Below are positions 16,941-24,605 of a DNA stretch of 24,605 bases, in pieces. The translations under genes and the position numbers were made by a program. Source of the stretch: a virus (lineage: Duplodnaviria > Caudoviricetes); IMG/VR virus record IMGVR_UViG_3300037100_000070, positions 1 through 24,605 of that record; one strand, written 5' to 3'. Each line of letters opens with the position of its first letter. The first letter of the stretch is position 1. The notes under the pieces were generated by a model. It did no database searches, was not told where the DNA came from, and was given only the letters and a program-made list of their open reading frames with translations.

Positions 16941-17102
16941 CTTATTAATCTTGTACCAGCAAGAAACGGACAACCCGACACGACGACAGTGATCTTTAAT
17001 CGGAATCTCGGGCTCTGTTTTTCTATATTCAGCGACTTTTTCAAACTGAGTTTTAATGGTGGGTGAGAGTTTTCTAAGGTCTACTACGTTTGCGCGCGCC
17101 AT
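16866..17102 (-). CDS. Small helix-turn-helix DNA-binding protein
   Basis: IKDHCRRVGLSVSCWYKINK fits an HTH pattern; AAAGGGGG SD. Confidence 0.55.
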   Translation of the reverse strand: MARANVVDLRKLSPTIKTQFEKVAEYRKTEPEIPIKDHCRRVGLSVSCWYKINKSLAAAACRSLASYEARVQNLNIAL

Positions 17103-17139
17103 GGCGGTCCCCCTTTATGGCCGTTAGTCTTGCTTCACC

Positions 17140-17604
17140 TTATTTTGAGTTCATGTCATTTTGGTCGCCGGTGCCGGCTGTCGCTTCGTGGGCGGTCGCG
17201 CACGGCGCCTGGGGCGGGGAAAGGCTTGCGACGTAGTCTCTAACAGCGCCATAAGCGGTGGCCACGCCGGTCTCTTTTTCGGTGGAGCTCATTACCGCAG
17301 CGCGATAAGCTTGCATTAATTCGTAAAATCGTTTCTCATCGAATTTAACACCTACGGTCTGCTCCAGAGCCTCACGCAGACGCTTGTTTTCTGATTCTGC
17401 GTTAAAAAGCTCATTCTCTAACTGGTCAATTCTTTCTTTATTCCTTTGTCCATTCGCACTCATTGACTGGCGAAATTCTTTAACTTTAAATTCAGCCGCC
17501 GCAAGCTTTTCTTCGAGCTCTGTTCTTTTCACATGCTCTTCAGCGCCCATGCCGATTGCTTCGGCGTATTTAATCTTTAAAGTTTCTAATTCCGAACTCA
17601 CCAT
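17140..17604 (-). CDS. Hypothetical coiled-coil protein
   Basis: AAGGAG SD; E/K/L heptad-rich. Confidence 0.6.
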   Translation of the reverse strand: MVSSELETLKIKYAEAIGMGAEEHVKRTELEEKLAAAEFKVKEFRQSMSANGQRNKERIDQLENELFNAESENKRLREALEQTVGVKFDEKRFYELMQAYRAAVMSSTEKETGVATAYGAVRDYVASLSPPQAPCATAHEATAGTGDQNDMNSK

Positions 17605-17612
17605 GCAACTCC

Positions 17613-17858
17613 TTAAACTAAAGTATCAGGCTCTTCGACATATAGTTGCGGTGCCATTTTCAACTCATTGACATGAACAGTCTGGCAATCGACAACCAAT
17701 AGCTTTTCGCCTTCTCTATTCCAATGTCCGACAATCGGACCGTTTGGTAAAATCTTGTAGCGAATATATTCGCCGTCATCGCTCATATGCTCGATTGAGA
17801 TTAGCTTTTTGCGAACCAACTCCTTAAGAGGTTTCATTCTGACGTAGCGTTCAGTCAT
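17613..17858 (-). CDS. Hypothetical protein
   Basis: 81-aa ORF packed in the minus-strand block. Confidence 0.55.
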   Translation of the reverse strand: MTERYVRMKPLKELVRKKLISIEHMSDDGEYIRYKILPNGPIVGHWNREGEKLLVVDCQTVHVNELKMAPQLYVEEPDTLV

Positions 17859-17928
17859 TTATCACCCGCCCAGTTCCTTTTTTCATCGTGAGACTATAAT
17901 TCGCTTGTTCTTCCCCACCGTCACTCAT
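17851..17928 (-). CDS. Possible 25-aa mini-ORF (MSDGGEEQANYSLTMKKGTGRVIND)
   Basis: ATG overlaps the methylase stop (TGATG) and its stop lies just inside the next gene, bridging the gap. Confidence 0.25.
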   Translation of the reverse strand: MSDGGEEQANYSLTMKKGTGRVIND

Positions 17929-18398
17929 CACATCTCGCCATCTTGAGTGATAACCGTCGCCTGCTTTTCACCGAACTTTACTCCAGGAACACTGCCGTCT
18001 AAAACGAACTGGGCGATATGCTGACCGATGCCTTTGCCGGGGATCCCATCTTCAATTGCGCACCACTTTACATCTTTCAAGTTTCGCACCTCTTTTAAAT
18101 TCGGATGAGTTAAAAGCATTAAGACCCACTTCGGAACTGGGAATACAAATACGCATCTCTTTCCTTTCTCAGATTCTGCAATAGCTTTTCGCACCCATGC
18201 AGTAGGTCCTGAGAAGGGTGGATTGATATAGGTTGAATCTCCCCATTCGCTTGTGAGACCGTCAAAGTCGGCTGGCCGAGGATATGGACACGCGTCATAT
18301 ACGATTCCAAATTCTTTATAGATTGATTCAAGCAACTCAGGCGGTGTGAGCCAATAGTGTCGTCCATCTTTAGAGGATCCTTTACCTTCACGAGGCAT
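17928..18398 (-). CDS. Phage DNA N6-adenine methyltransferase (phage Dam-like)
   Basis: Motifs WLTPP, DACP, DGLTSEW, catalytic NPPF and WVRKAIAE. Confidence 0.85.
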   Translation of the reverse strand: MPREGKGSSKDGRHYWLTPPELLESIYKEFGIVYDACPYPRPADFDGLTSEWGDSTYINPPFSGPTAWVRKAIAESEKGKRCVFVFPVPKWVLMLLTHPNLKEVRNLKDVKWCAIEDGIPGKGIGQHIAQFVLDGSVPGVKFGEKQATVITQDGEM

Positions 18399-18485
18399 TC
18401 AGTACTCCCTGCGTCTTTAGCGGCCATTGCCATTTCAAAATCTTTCACTGCAAAACTCCTAACATAGCTAAAATTCTGTCATTAC

Positions 18486-18731
18486 TTACTTCATTGATTC
18501 AAATAGGCGCTGAGCGACCGCATTAAATTCTTTATCTACCGATACCATCTTTGCCCCGCGATACTCTTCGCCACATGAAGTGTGGTCAGAAATGAAACCT
18601 CGCATTTTGCCGTGGGCAAATGGCTTAGTCCAGTTCATGACAGCTTTACATTTGTGGCATTCGCCCTTCTTTGAAATATCAATCTGATACCGCTTGGCCC
18701 ATTCTTCGGGACTAACTTCTGGGTAAACCAC
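18486..18731 (-). CDS. Hypothetical protein, possible Zn-binding
   Basis: CHKC...HTSC; GAGGAGGAG SD. Confidence 0.55.
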   Translation of the reverse strand: MVYPEVSPEEWAKRYQIDISKKGECHKCKAVMNWTKPFAHGKMRGFISDHTSCGEEYRGAKMVSVDKEFNAVAQRLFESMK

Positions 18732-19017
18732 TCACTCCTCCTCGTTTAATTTTGCCAGGATCAAAATCAGTGCGCGGCGGATTGTCGCGAATGATTGCGC
18801 GCAAGCCTTGGCCAACTTTCTTCTTTTTCTTGATCAGCTTCACGCGCGGATTTTTCAGCCATGCATCGAGCTCTTTGGTCTCGATTGTTACAGATATATT
18901 TTCTGACCGGCTGTAGCGCTCTTTCCACTTGTCACCAAACATTGGAATAGCGAGGCCGAAACAAGTTCCGGCACCGAAAGTTACCGCAAGCATTACGATC
19001 ACGAATGCGTTTTCCAT
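18712..19017 (-). CDS. Hypothetical membrane-anchored protein
   Basis: N-terminal hydrophobic helix and basic C-terminal part; TAATG coupling. Confidence 0.55.
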   Translation of the reverse strand: MENAFVIVMLAVTFGAGTCFGLAIPMFGDKWKERYSRSENISVTIETKELDAWLKNPRVKLIKKKKKVGQGLRAIIRDNPPRTDFDPGKIKRGGVSGLPRS

Positions 19018-19214
19018 TATGGCGCCCCCACGCGTTTTTTGTCCCTGTTTTTTAACTCTTCTCTAAGACGTTCTCTAAGCTGCGCGTCCGACTCAATCCA
19101 CATAGCGTCAATCGGGCTCCAAATCGGGCACTCTACGGTCTGAGTATCTGAAACTTTTCTCTGCAAAGCTTTAGACGCAAAAAGCTCATCAAGTTTCTTT
19201 TCTAAATCGTTCAT
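19017..19214 (-). CDS. Hypothetical protein
   Basis: ATGA overlap with the polymerase stop. Confidence 0.55.
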   Translation of the reverse strand: MNDLEKKLDELFASKALQRKVSDTQTVECPIWSPIDAMWIESDAQLRERLREELKNRDKKRVGAP

Positions 19215-21439
19215 TTCCTATACCTCGGCCCTCTCCAACCTTTCGCCTCTACAACTAAATTCTCGTCGCCCCACACCGGACGCTCACACATTATTTTGGT
19301 GAATTCTTTTAAAGATCCCTCACCAATTTTGCGCTCGGTCAATGCCTCATCGTGAACAGATAAAAGTGCTGTGTAGCCGGCTTTTTCTAGTCGCACCATG
19401 GCGGGCATCATCAAATCTCGCGCCGTCGCCTGTACGATGTTTTCTGTCAGAGTTCCGCCCCACGTTCGCTCGACACCCCACTTTTTGGTTCTAGAGTTTA
19501 CGGCATAAAATTCTAACGTCTCATAGGGCCCACGCATTTCAGTTTGCCGAATCGTCCAGGTCTTCTTTTCTTCGTTATATTTATAGCTGTCGGTCTTTAC
19601 CTTTGGCTCCTCACACGAAACCCATTTTGAAAACTCACGGTACTGCATGGTGAGTTGCGGGTCGCGGTAAGCAAGACGGCGCTTCGAGGGGAGCTCAATC
19701 CACAAAAAATCGTCCATAACGAAGAATGAGCACTTTCCCGCTTTGTAGACAGAGCCTTTATGTTTTACGGCCTGAACTGCGCACGTCTCGTATTCGTGCC
19801 AAATTTCTGGCACCGCAAAATGAGTGAAGCGGTATGTTTCAACAGCTTGGCGCGACTGTGCTTCGGTTAGTTTTAATCGGTATTGGGACCATGCGGTTGA
19901 CTGAAATTTCTCCCAACCCATTCCAAACCCGCATCCGAGAATTTGAGCTTTGCCAAGTTGGCGCGCGTCTATAGCCCATTTCTCGTCGCCTTCAATCGCC
20001 GTTTCGACTTCTTTGTAAGTGCGATTTGTGTTAGCCGCCGCCATATAAATGTACGGGTCGCGTCCTGATTTTAAAACATTAACTCCGGGAGCGTTACCAG
20101 ATAGCCACCAAAGAACTGCGACTTCGATTTTTGAAAAATCGGCCACGTAGAGTTCATGTCCCGGCGAGGGGACTATCATGTTGCGAAGCATTGAGGAGAA
20201 CACCATCCCGGGGTCGCCGTAAAGGCATCGAATCCAATCTGTGAAATCTTGTATTTCTTCAGGCGTCATATGTGGCCCGTAGGATTCCAAAAGCTCAATT
20301 ACATACTCAATTTCTTTTTGTTTAATTAAGGGCCTTGGCAAATTATGCGGCTGTATTCCCGTGCCCGATTCGCGCCCCGTGCTCGCCCCGTGGTAGAGGG
20401 AAATGTCCCGCACGCGCCCGTCGGGCATTGCGCGGTCTAAAAAAGCCTGGTACTTTTTGGTGGATGTTTTAGACAAAGCTTGGCGCAGCTCAAGTAGGCG
20501 CCTCATGTCGGGGCTTAAAGATTTGCCTTTAAGAGCGTCCGTCACCGTTGCCGCCCGAATGTCGGGGAGCTCAACACCATCAAGGGCTAAAAAATCTAAA
20601 ATGCTCTGTCGTGCTCCGGGCTTCGTTACGAGACCCATGGTAAGCGCATCGAGTTCCTTTATTTTTTTCTTCGACTCGACACTCATTATTGTAACGATTT
20701 TCCCAACCGTTTTTAGGTCGACGGGAAGCCCGCGCCAATTTAGCTTTTGATTGAGTAACCATATTTCTTGCTCCTCATCGTTTAAATCGGGGAGTGCGTC
20801 ATCTAGTAACTCCTCGGTTCTAACATCGATCCTGCAATAGTGGTAAAGAGCGGCCCAGATTTCGGGCGCGGCGTCTGGCTCTAAAAACATCGGCGGCTCG
20901 CCTAAAGCTATGATTTTATTTTCACGCTTTGACCAAGATGCCTTTTGTTTATCGATCTTGCTCCACGCGGCCCAATCTTTGGTGGGTTTACAAGTTTTCA
21001 TCATTGCGGCGTAGCCCCGCCGATCTTTTTGGGTCGTAAGTCTCATGGCTTCGCCCGCCCCTTCAAGACTTCGAGGCAAAGCACAAGCCGCAGCTTTCGC
21101 GGCCGTACAACGCCACGCTCGTCGCCCAATAGGCGGCCAACCGTAGCGTTTTACTAAAATGTTGTAGTAGATGCATTGCTCAAAAAACGCGTTGTGGGCG
21201 ACAAATAGACGCCCTTCACCTATTAGGCTTTCCCACATTCGGCGAAGCTCGGGCGGTTGATGGTCCCACTTACGATTAATCACTTTGAAATCTAGAAGAA
21301 AGACTTTTTCTTGACCGTAAATTTTAAAAGCAAGACACGTGGGCCGAGTCGCCGGGTCAAGGCTATACTTATAGGCCCCCGCCGTCTTTAAGTTACAAGT
21401 CGAGCGAGTTTCAAAATCAAGTGTGACTTTTTGCTTCAT
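19211..21439 (-). CDS. Phage family A DNA polymerase (3'-5' exonuclease plus polymerase, APSE/SPO2-like)
   Basis: ExoI LDFETRS, ExoII AHNAFFE, ExoIII YCRIDV, GASTGRESG, motif A ADFSKIE, motif B RQLGKAQILGCGFG, ENIVQATARD, motif C VHDE. Confidence 0.95.
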   Translation of the reverse strand: MKQKVTLDFETRSTCNLKTAGAYKYSLDPATRPTCLAFKIYGQEKVFLLDFKVINRKWDHQPPELRRMWESLIGEGRLFVAHNAFFEQCIYYNILVKRYGWPPIGRRAWRCTAAKAAACALPRSLEGAGEAMRLTTQKDRRGYAAMMKTCKPTKDWAAWSKIDKQKASWSKRENKIIALGEPPMFLEPDAAPEIWAALYHYCRIDVRTEELLDDALPDLNDEEQEIWLLNQKLNWRGLPVDLKTVGKIVTIMSVESKKKIKELDALTMGLVTKPGARQSILDFLALDGVELPDIRAATVTDALKGKSLSPDMRRLLELRQALSKTSTKKYQAFLDRAMPDGRVRDISLYHGASTGRESGTGIQPHNLPRPLIKQKEIEYVIELLESYGPHMTPEEIQDFTDWIRCLYGDPGMVFSSMLRNMIVPSPGHELYVADFSKIEVAVLWWLSGNAPGVNVLKSGRDPYIYMAAANTNRTYKEVETAIEGDEKWAIDARQLGKAQILGCGFGMGWEKFQSTAWSQYRLKLTEAQSRQAVETYRFTHFAVPEIWHEYETCAVQAVKHKGSVYKAGKCSFFVMDDFLWIELPSKRRLAYRDPQLTMQYREFSKWVSCEEPKVKTDSYKYNEEKKTWTIRQTEMRGPYETLEFYAVNSRTKKWGVERTWGGTLTENIVQATARDLMMPAMVRLEKAGYTALLSVHDEALTERKIGEGSLKEFTKIMCERPVWGDENLVVEAKGWRGPRYRK

Positions 21440-21581
21440 TTTCGGTCTTTACCGTAAAACTGTCTTTTTTGATGCGCATACCGTTTTTTAAAATTAAGTC
21501 TTTATCATCAACACATCGAATGTCACCAAGGCGAAGCTTAAAACGACCGATTGTGATTTCAATGTCTTTAGTTTGAGTCAT
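21417..21581 (-). CDS. 54-aa hypothetical protein not in the ORF track (MTQTKDIEITIGRFKLRLGDIRCV...AKSHT)
   Basis: Manual translation gives 55 codons; AAAGG upstream; fills the gap and overlaps the polymerase start. Confidence 0.45.
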   Translation of the reverse strand: MTQTKDIEITIGRFKLRLGDIRCVDDKDLILKNGMRIKKDSFTVKTENEAKSHT

Positions 21582-21596
21582 TTTTTAAGTGCCTTT

Positions 21597-21643
21597 AAAA
21601 AGAGGGCCCCCGCCTAAACGGAAGTAAAAGCGGGGGTGTCCTC
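21597..21643 (-). terminator. Intrinsic terminator-like hairpin downstream of the SSB gene
   Basis: Minus strand GAGG-ACA-CCCCCGC[16 nt]GCGGGGG-C-CCTC followed by TTTTT. Confidence 0.55.
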
Positions 21644-21678
21644 ATAACTGATTGGGCTTGGTCCAATCGTTTGTCTCT

Positions 21679-22305
21679 CTATATAAAATTCTCAACCTCT
21701 TCGTTTTCATTACCTGCGCCCGAAAAATCGCCCCCGTCGCCCGTCATGTCGTCTTCGCCTGAATTGATAGGTGTGAAAACTTGCTCAGCGGATTTTCTCC
21801 CACCAAAGCTTTTGCCGTCTCGAATCTTTTGAACGTGGTCGAGAATGAAACTTAAACCACATTTCCCGCCAAACTCCCAAACGTACGCATAGATTGAAGC
21901 CCGTGCGTAGCATCCGGGGTAAAATTTTGTGGGGTCAATAATTGGTTGCAAGTCTTTATCAACGACTGTTGGCTTGTTTTCTTCTTTTGTCGAAAATTTT
22001 ATTACCCAGTGCCCTTTATAGCCCTCTTTGCCCTCATATTTTGGTGAGTCGCCGTCGGTCACGGGTGTCGTAATTTTTGGCCACTTTGATTTGTCCGGGC
22101 CAAAGGCCGCGACTTTTGCGCTAGTCATGGCTTTTTGAATAGCCGACAAATCTGTAGTCTTTGGAAAAAGCCCCGTCACTGAATACTTAGGTGCCGAGTT
22201 CTCAATTGCACTCGGGCGAAAAAGATGCGGATACGCTGCCCGAAACTCGGGTGTTACAAGTTTACATTTTTCTCGGTCTTCTTTACTAACTTTTCGAATA
22301 GTCAT
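21679..22305 (-). CDS. Single-stranded DNA-binding protein (DUF2815 / T7 gp2.5-like)
   Basis: Motifs RAAYPHLF, KYSV, DGD, FYPGCYARASI and VQKIRDG, with acidic C-terminal tail ending ENFI. Confidence 0.88.
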   Translation of the reverse strand: MTIRKVSKEDREKCKLVTPEFRAAYPHLFRPSAIENSAPKYSVTGLFPKTTDLSAIQKAMTSAKVAAFGPDKSKWPKITTPVTDGDSPKYEGKEGYKGHWVIKFSTKEENKPTVVDKDLQPIIDPTKFYPGCYARASIYAYVWEFGGKCGLSFILDHVQKIRDGKSFGGRKSAEQVFTPINSGEDDMTGDGGDFSGAGNENEEVENFI

Positions 22306-22306
22306 T

Positions 22307-22570
22307 TTATTGACCCCTTTCGTTTTTACTGTCGCTGTTTATTTCTTCGTCGCTCATTTCTTTTATGTCAACCTGGTCGCTGCCCTTTAAGTTATCTGTG
22401 ACCTTGATAATATCAGAGGTATCCCCCGTGCCCGACACCAATTGAATGCCCTCTAGATTAATGCTAACGGGCGGCGTTTTCTTGGGTCTTCGCCCCTTGC
22501 GTTTTTTCTTTGACCCGCTCTTCGGGCGGTGAGTCGCCGCTTTTTTGGCTTTGCGCCGATGTAATTTCAA
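22307..22570 (-). CDS. Hypothetical bipolar (basic N-terminus, acidic C-terminus) protein
   Basis: G5 SD with TTG start; fills the gap between nuclease and SSB. Confidence 0.55.
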   Translation of the reverse strand: MKLHRRKAKKAATHRPKSGSKKKRKGRRPKKTPPVSINLEGIQLVSGTGDTSDIIKVTDNLKGSDQVDIKEMSDEEINSDSKNERGQ

Positions 22571-22585
22571 TTTTTTATCCCCCTA

Positions 22586-23314
22586 TTAAATTGTGATACT
22601 TTTAAAAACGTCTTTTGCTTTTTCTAATTTACTCTCGGTCTTAAGCGGGCAAACGCTTTTTGCTTTACACCAGTGACACCAAGAGCCCTCTCTAAACTCG
22701 GGGTTATTCTCAACCCGCCAGACGGCTTGTCTAAAATCTGTTACGTAAGACTTAAGCATTTCAATCGGTAGCTGCCAATAGGTCGGCCCCTGATAACCAC
22801 TAATGCGCGGCTGAATGATCCAAAGTTTAGCGTTTGAAAAGTTCCAATTGTATTTGTAAGCAAGGCCAAGCCCATAGAAAATCATTTGCAGATTGTTCTT
22901 TGGCGAAACCGCGTGACCGGCACCATATTTGTAGTCAAATACGTGAAGTGTACCGAAATGATCGAGCACAGCACTATCAAACGTTCCGAACATTTCGGGG
23001 TGAATGAAATCAAGGTAGATCCGATTTTCGACAAGTACGTCGCAATCTAGTTTCTTTTTTAAGTCCCAAATAAAATGCGCCGCCCTGGCCGCGTGTTGCC
23101 TCATTTCAGTAGGTTCAGGGCCGTCTATGTCTGGCGAGACGCGCCCTTTATGAATTGCGTCTAATAAAAAACGCTCAAGAACGCCGTGGGCTTTTGTCCC
23201 CTCAATAGCCCACGGCGATTCTCGGTCCGGCTGACCAACACTTGCCTCGACACTTGCCGAACAGTTAAACCACCGCTCGGCACCCGAGGCCGAAAATTTC
23301 GAATGCGCCCTCAC
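22586..23314 (-). CDS. DUF2800 / Cas4-like PD-(D/E)XK exonuclease
   Basis: HSKFSASGAERWFNC, EGTKAH, FGTFD, DYKYG, QMIFY, IIQPR and WCHWCKAKSVC; likely GTG start at 23314 (GTGA overlap). Confidence 0.88.
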   Translation of the reverse strand: MRAHSKFSASGAERWFNCSASVEASVGQPDRESPWAIEGTKAHGVLERFLLDAIHKGRVSPDIDGPEPTEMRQHAARAAHFIWDLKKKLDCDVLVENRIYLDFIHPEMFGTFDSAVLDHFGTLHVFDYKYGAGHAVSPKNNLQMIFYGLGLAYKYNWNFSNAKLWIIQPRISGYQGPTYWQLPIEMLKSYVTDFRQAVWRVENNPEFREGSWCHWCKAKSVCPLKTESKLEKAKDVFKSITI

Positions 23315-23598
23315 CGTTTCGCCCTTAAATGTTGAACAGCCATTTGCCGAGCGTCGAGTAAACGCTCTAAACAAGACGTTAAAACGTTACCCGGAGTCAT
23401 AAGGTCCGTCACATTTTCGGCGAGTTCGTGAAACTTTATCGCCACATCAAGTGCCGGCCCTGACAAGCCCTTTTCAGCCTTAAAATGGTTTAAGACGTGA
23501 AGCCCCTTTTTGACCCGGTCTTCTTTTGTCGGGCGCTCTGTAGGACTAGACGCCCCTTGAATGCCCGACTCAAAATCGCTATCGTTTTCGCTATTCAT
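23311..23598 (-). CDS. Small helical-hairpin protein, candidate Acb2/Tad1-like nucleotide sponge
   Basis: Pattern L..F....L.....V...F.ELA....D.......T..L.RLL.A...AV, recognised from memory. Confidence 0.4.
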   Translation of the reverse strand: MNSENDSDFESGIQGASSPTERPTKEDRVKKGLHVLNHFKAEKGLSGPALDVAIKFHELAENVTDLMTPGNVLTSCLERLLDARQMAVQHLRAKR

Positions 23599-23780
23599 TT
23601 TTTCGGCCTTTGAACTTTGGTGGTGTTAACGGGTAAGGTGTCTACGACCTCCCATTTGCAGTCTTCGCTAATGGGGTTGTCGGTCTTCCAAATTGAGCCG
23701 TCATCGCAAAACGCAAATAGCGTTTGCTTTTTCTCACTTGCGGCGGCCGTGATTGATTGAATTTTTCTCTCAAATTTCAT
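23595..23780 (-). CDS. Hypothetical protein
   Basis: ATGA overlaps on both sides; LFAFCDDGSIW motif seen in small phage proteins. Confidence 0.6.
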   Translation of the reverse strand: MKFERKIQSITAAASEKKQTLFAFCDDGSIWKTDNPISEDCKWEVVDTLPVNTTKVQRPKK

Positions 23781-24259
23781 TTTGTCTCGCCTTTCACAGC
23801 CATTGCTTTAATCACGTTTGCGTACTCGTTTTGCGCAATCTCAGTGATCGACTCAGTCTTAAATTGCTTTTTTAAAATAGCAAGAACTTGTTTGCGCCCG
23901 TCTTTACCACCAGCTCTTGCGCGCGCTTTACAAGCGGCGTTTACCTCTTCAATCGTCACTTTTTTAGCTTTTGCCGCTTTTTTGGCCGCCGTCGTCTCCT
24001 TCTCCTCACTCATGAAATCGTCTTCAAGGGTTTCGGTTTCAGTTTCGGTTTCGGAGTCTAGGTCAAAAGATTCTTGGGCGACCACTTCCTCTTCGGCTTT
24101 TTCAAAGTCGTCATTTGCATCTGTGTTTTTTCTAGACGCCGCTTGTTTTGCGCTTAAGCCTTCAAAAAGGCCGGCGCGCATTCTCAGTGCCGCCGCAATT
24201 GTGGCGTTGTCGGCATTTGACGGTACGCGTATCGTGATGTCGATTGATTCAGTTGTCAT
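23777..24259 (-). CDS. Replication-module accessory protein (acidic linker plus C-terminal helical domain)
   Basis: C-terminal VTIEEV...VLAILKKQF....ITEI....YANV domain typical of the gene upstream of DUF2800-DUF2815-PolA modules. Confidence 0.6.
   Translation of the reverse strand: MTTESIDITIRVPSNADNATIAAALRMRAGLFEGLSAKQAASRKNTDANDDFEKAEEEVVAQESFDLDSETETETETLEDDFMSEEKETTAAKKAAKAKKVTIEEVNAACKARARAGGKDGRKQVLAILKKQFKTESITEIAQNEYANVIKAMAVKGETK
24030..24053. repeat. Hexamer tandem repeat (GTTTCR)x4 encoding ETETETET
   Basis: gtttcg gtttca gtttcg gtttcg. Confidence 0.7.
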
Positions 24260-24599
24260 ATTGCTCTTCTCCCTTGTTTGTGGAGTTGTTATTGTTTTCT
24301 TCCTCAGAGTAAAAAATCACTCCGTTTTCGACAAAAAAGTAATGCGTGTCGCGATGGTATTCAGAAGGCAAAACGCCTTTTTCGCGAAGTAACATTTCAA
24401 CGTTATTCCAAAGAGCTGACCTGAGCGTTTCTTTTTTCTTGTTTATGTAGCTGGTAAAATTTTTGACCTCTTCTAGGATGGCCTGAGCCCCGATGTCCAT
24501 ATTTTTAATGACTGAGTCAACGTCAGAGTAAGTATCCACTAGACACACGGGTTTTTTCTTGGCCTCAGACGCGCCAAACAAAATATCTAAAGGATTCAT
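24249..24599 (-). CDS. Hypothetical protein
   Basis: 116-aa ORF overlapping the next gene; start is close to the window edge. Confidence 0.6.
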   Translation of the reverse strand: MNPLDILFGASEAKKKPVCLVDTYSDVDSVIKNMDIGAQAILEEVKNFTSYINKKKETLRSALWNNVEMLLREKGVLPSEYHRDTHYFFVENGVIFYSEEENNNNSTNKGEEQYDN

Positions 24600-24605
24600 T
24601 TGGTG

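Noticed and set aside
22586-23314. CRISPR-Cas locus suggested by the Cas4-like nuclease
   Set aside because: It is a solo DUF2800 in the standard nuclease-SSB-PolA module, with no array or other cas genes in the window.
23757-24392. 211-aa plus-strand ORF and other antisense or nested ORFs in the track (e.g. 1819-2172, 4902-5363, 8616-9050, 20403-20750)
   Set aside because: These are shadow frames of well-supported genes, with no SD or recognisable motifs.
1-24605. Stop-codon reassignment
   Set aside because: Genes are intact and tightly packed under the standard code. TAG, TGA and TAA all end genes at sensible boundaries, and read-through of the TAG at 2893-2895 hits TAA within 8 codons.
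1-24605. tRNA genes, integrase, att sites or IS elements
   Set aside because: None recognised. Intergenic gaps are too short, so lifestyle cannot be decided from this window.

Overview
The window is part of a tailed dsDNA bacteriophage with a short contractile tail, probably infecting a Gram-negative host, and it has two convergent gene blocks. The plus strand (1-16940) is the late block. It encodes the neck/terminator end, DUF3383-type sheath, tube, tail chaperone with a -1 frameshift extension, a short tape measure, baseplate hub, spike and wedge proteins, a tail fibre and an RCC1-repeat receptor-binding protein. These are followed by a GT9 glycosyltransferase plus two SAM methyltransferases, then a lysis cluster. 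The minus strand (24599 to 16866) is the early/replication block: small hypotheticals, a Cas4-like DUF2800 nuclease, a DUF2815 SSB, a family A DNA polymerase, an N6-adenine methyltransferase and a small HTH protein. The most notable signals are: (1) one ~95-aa Ser/Thr-rich domain inserted four times into three tail genes; (2) outward-facing tail proteins almost devoid of charged residues; (3) a glycosylation/methylation cassette in the late operon behind an RBS-occluding hairpin, which together suggest a virion surface glycosylation system (inference); (4) nine RCC1 repeats inserted inside a split glycine-rich fibre domain; and (5) a diverged Acb2/Tad1-like candidate anti-defence sponge. All family assignments are from motif recognition by eye; no searches were run.
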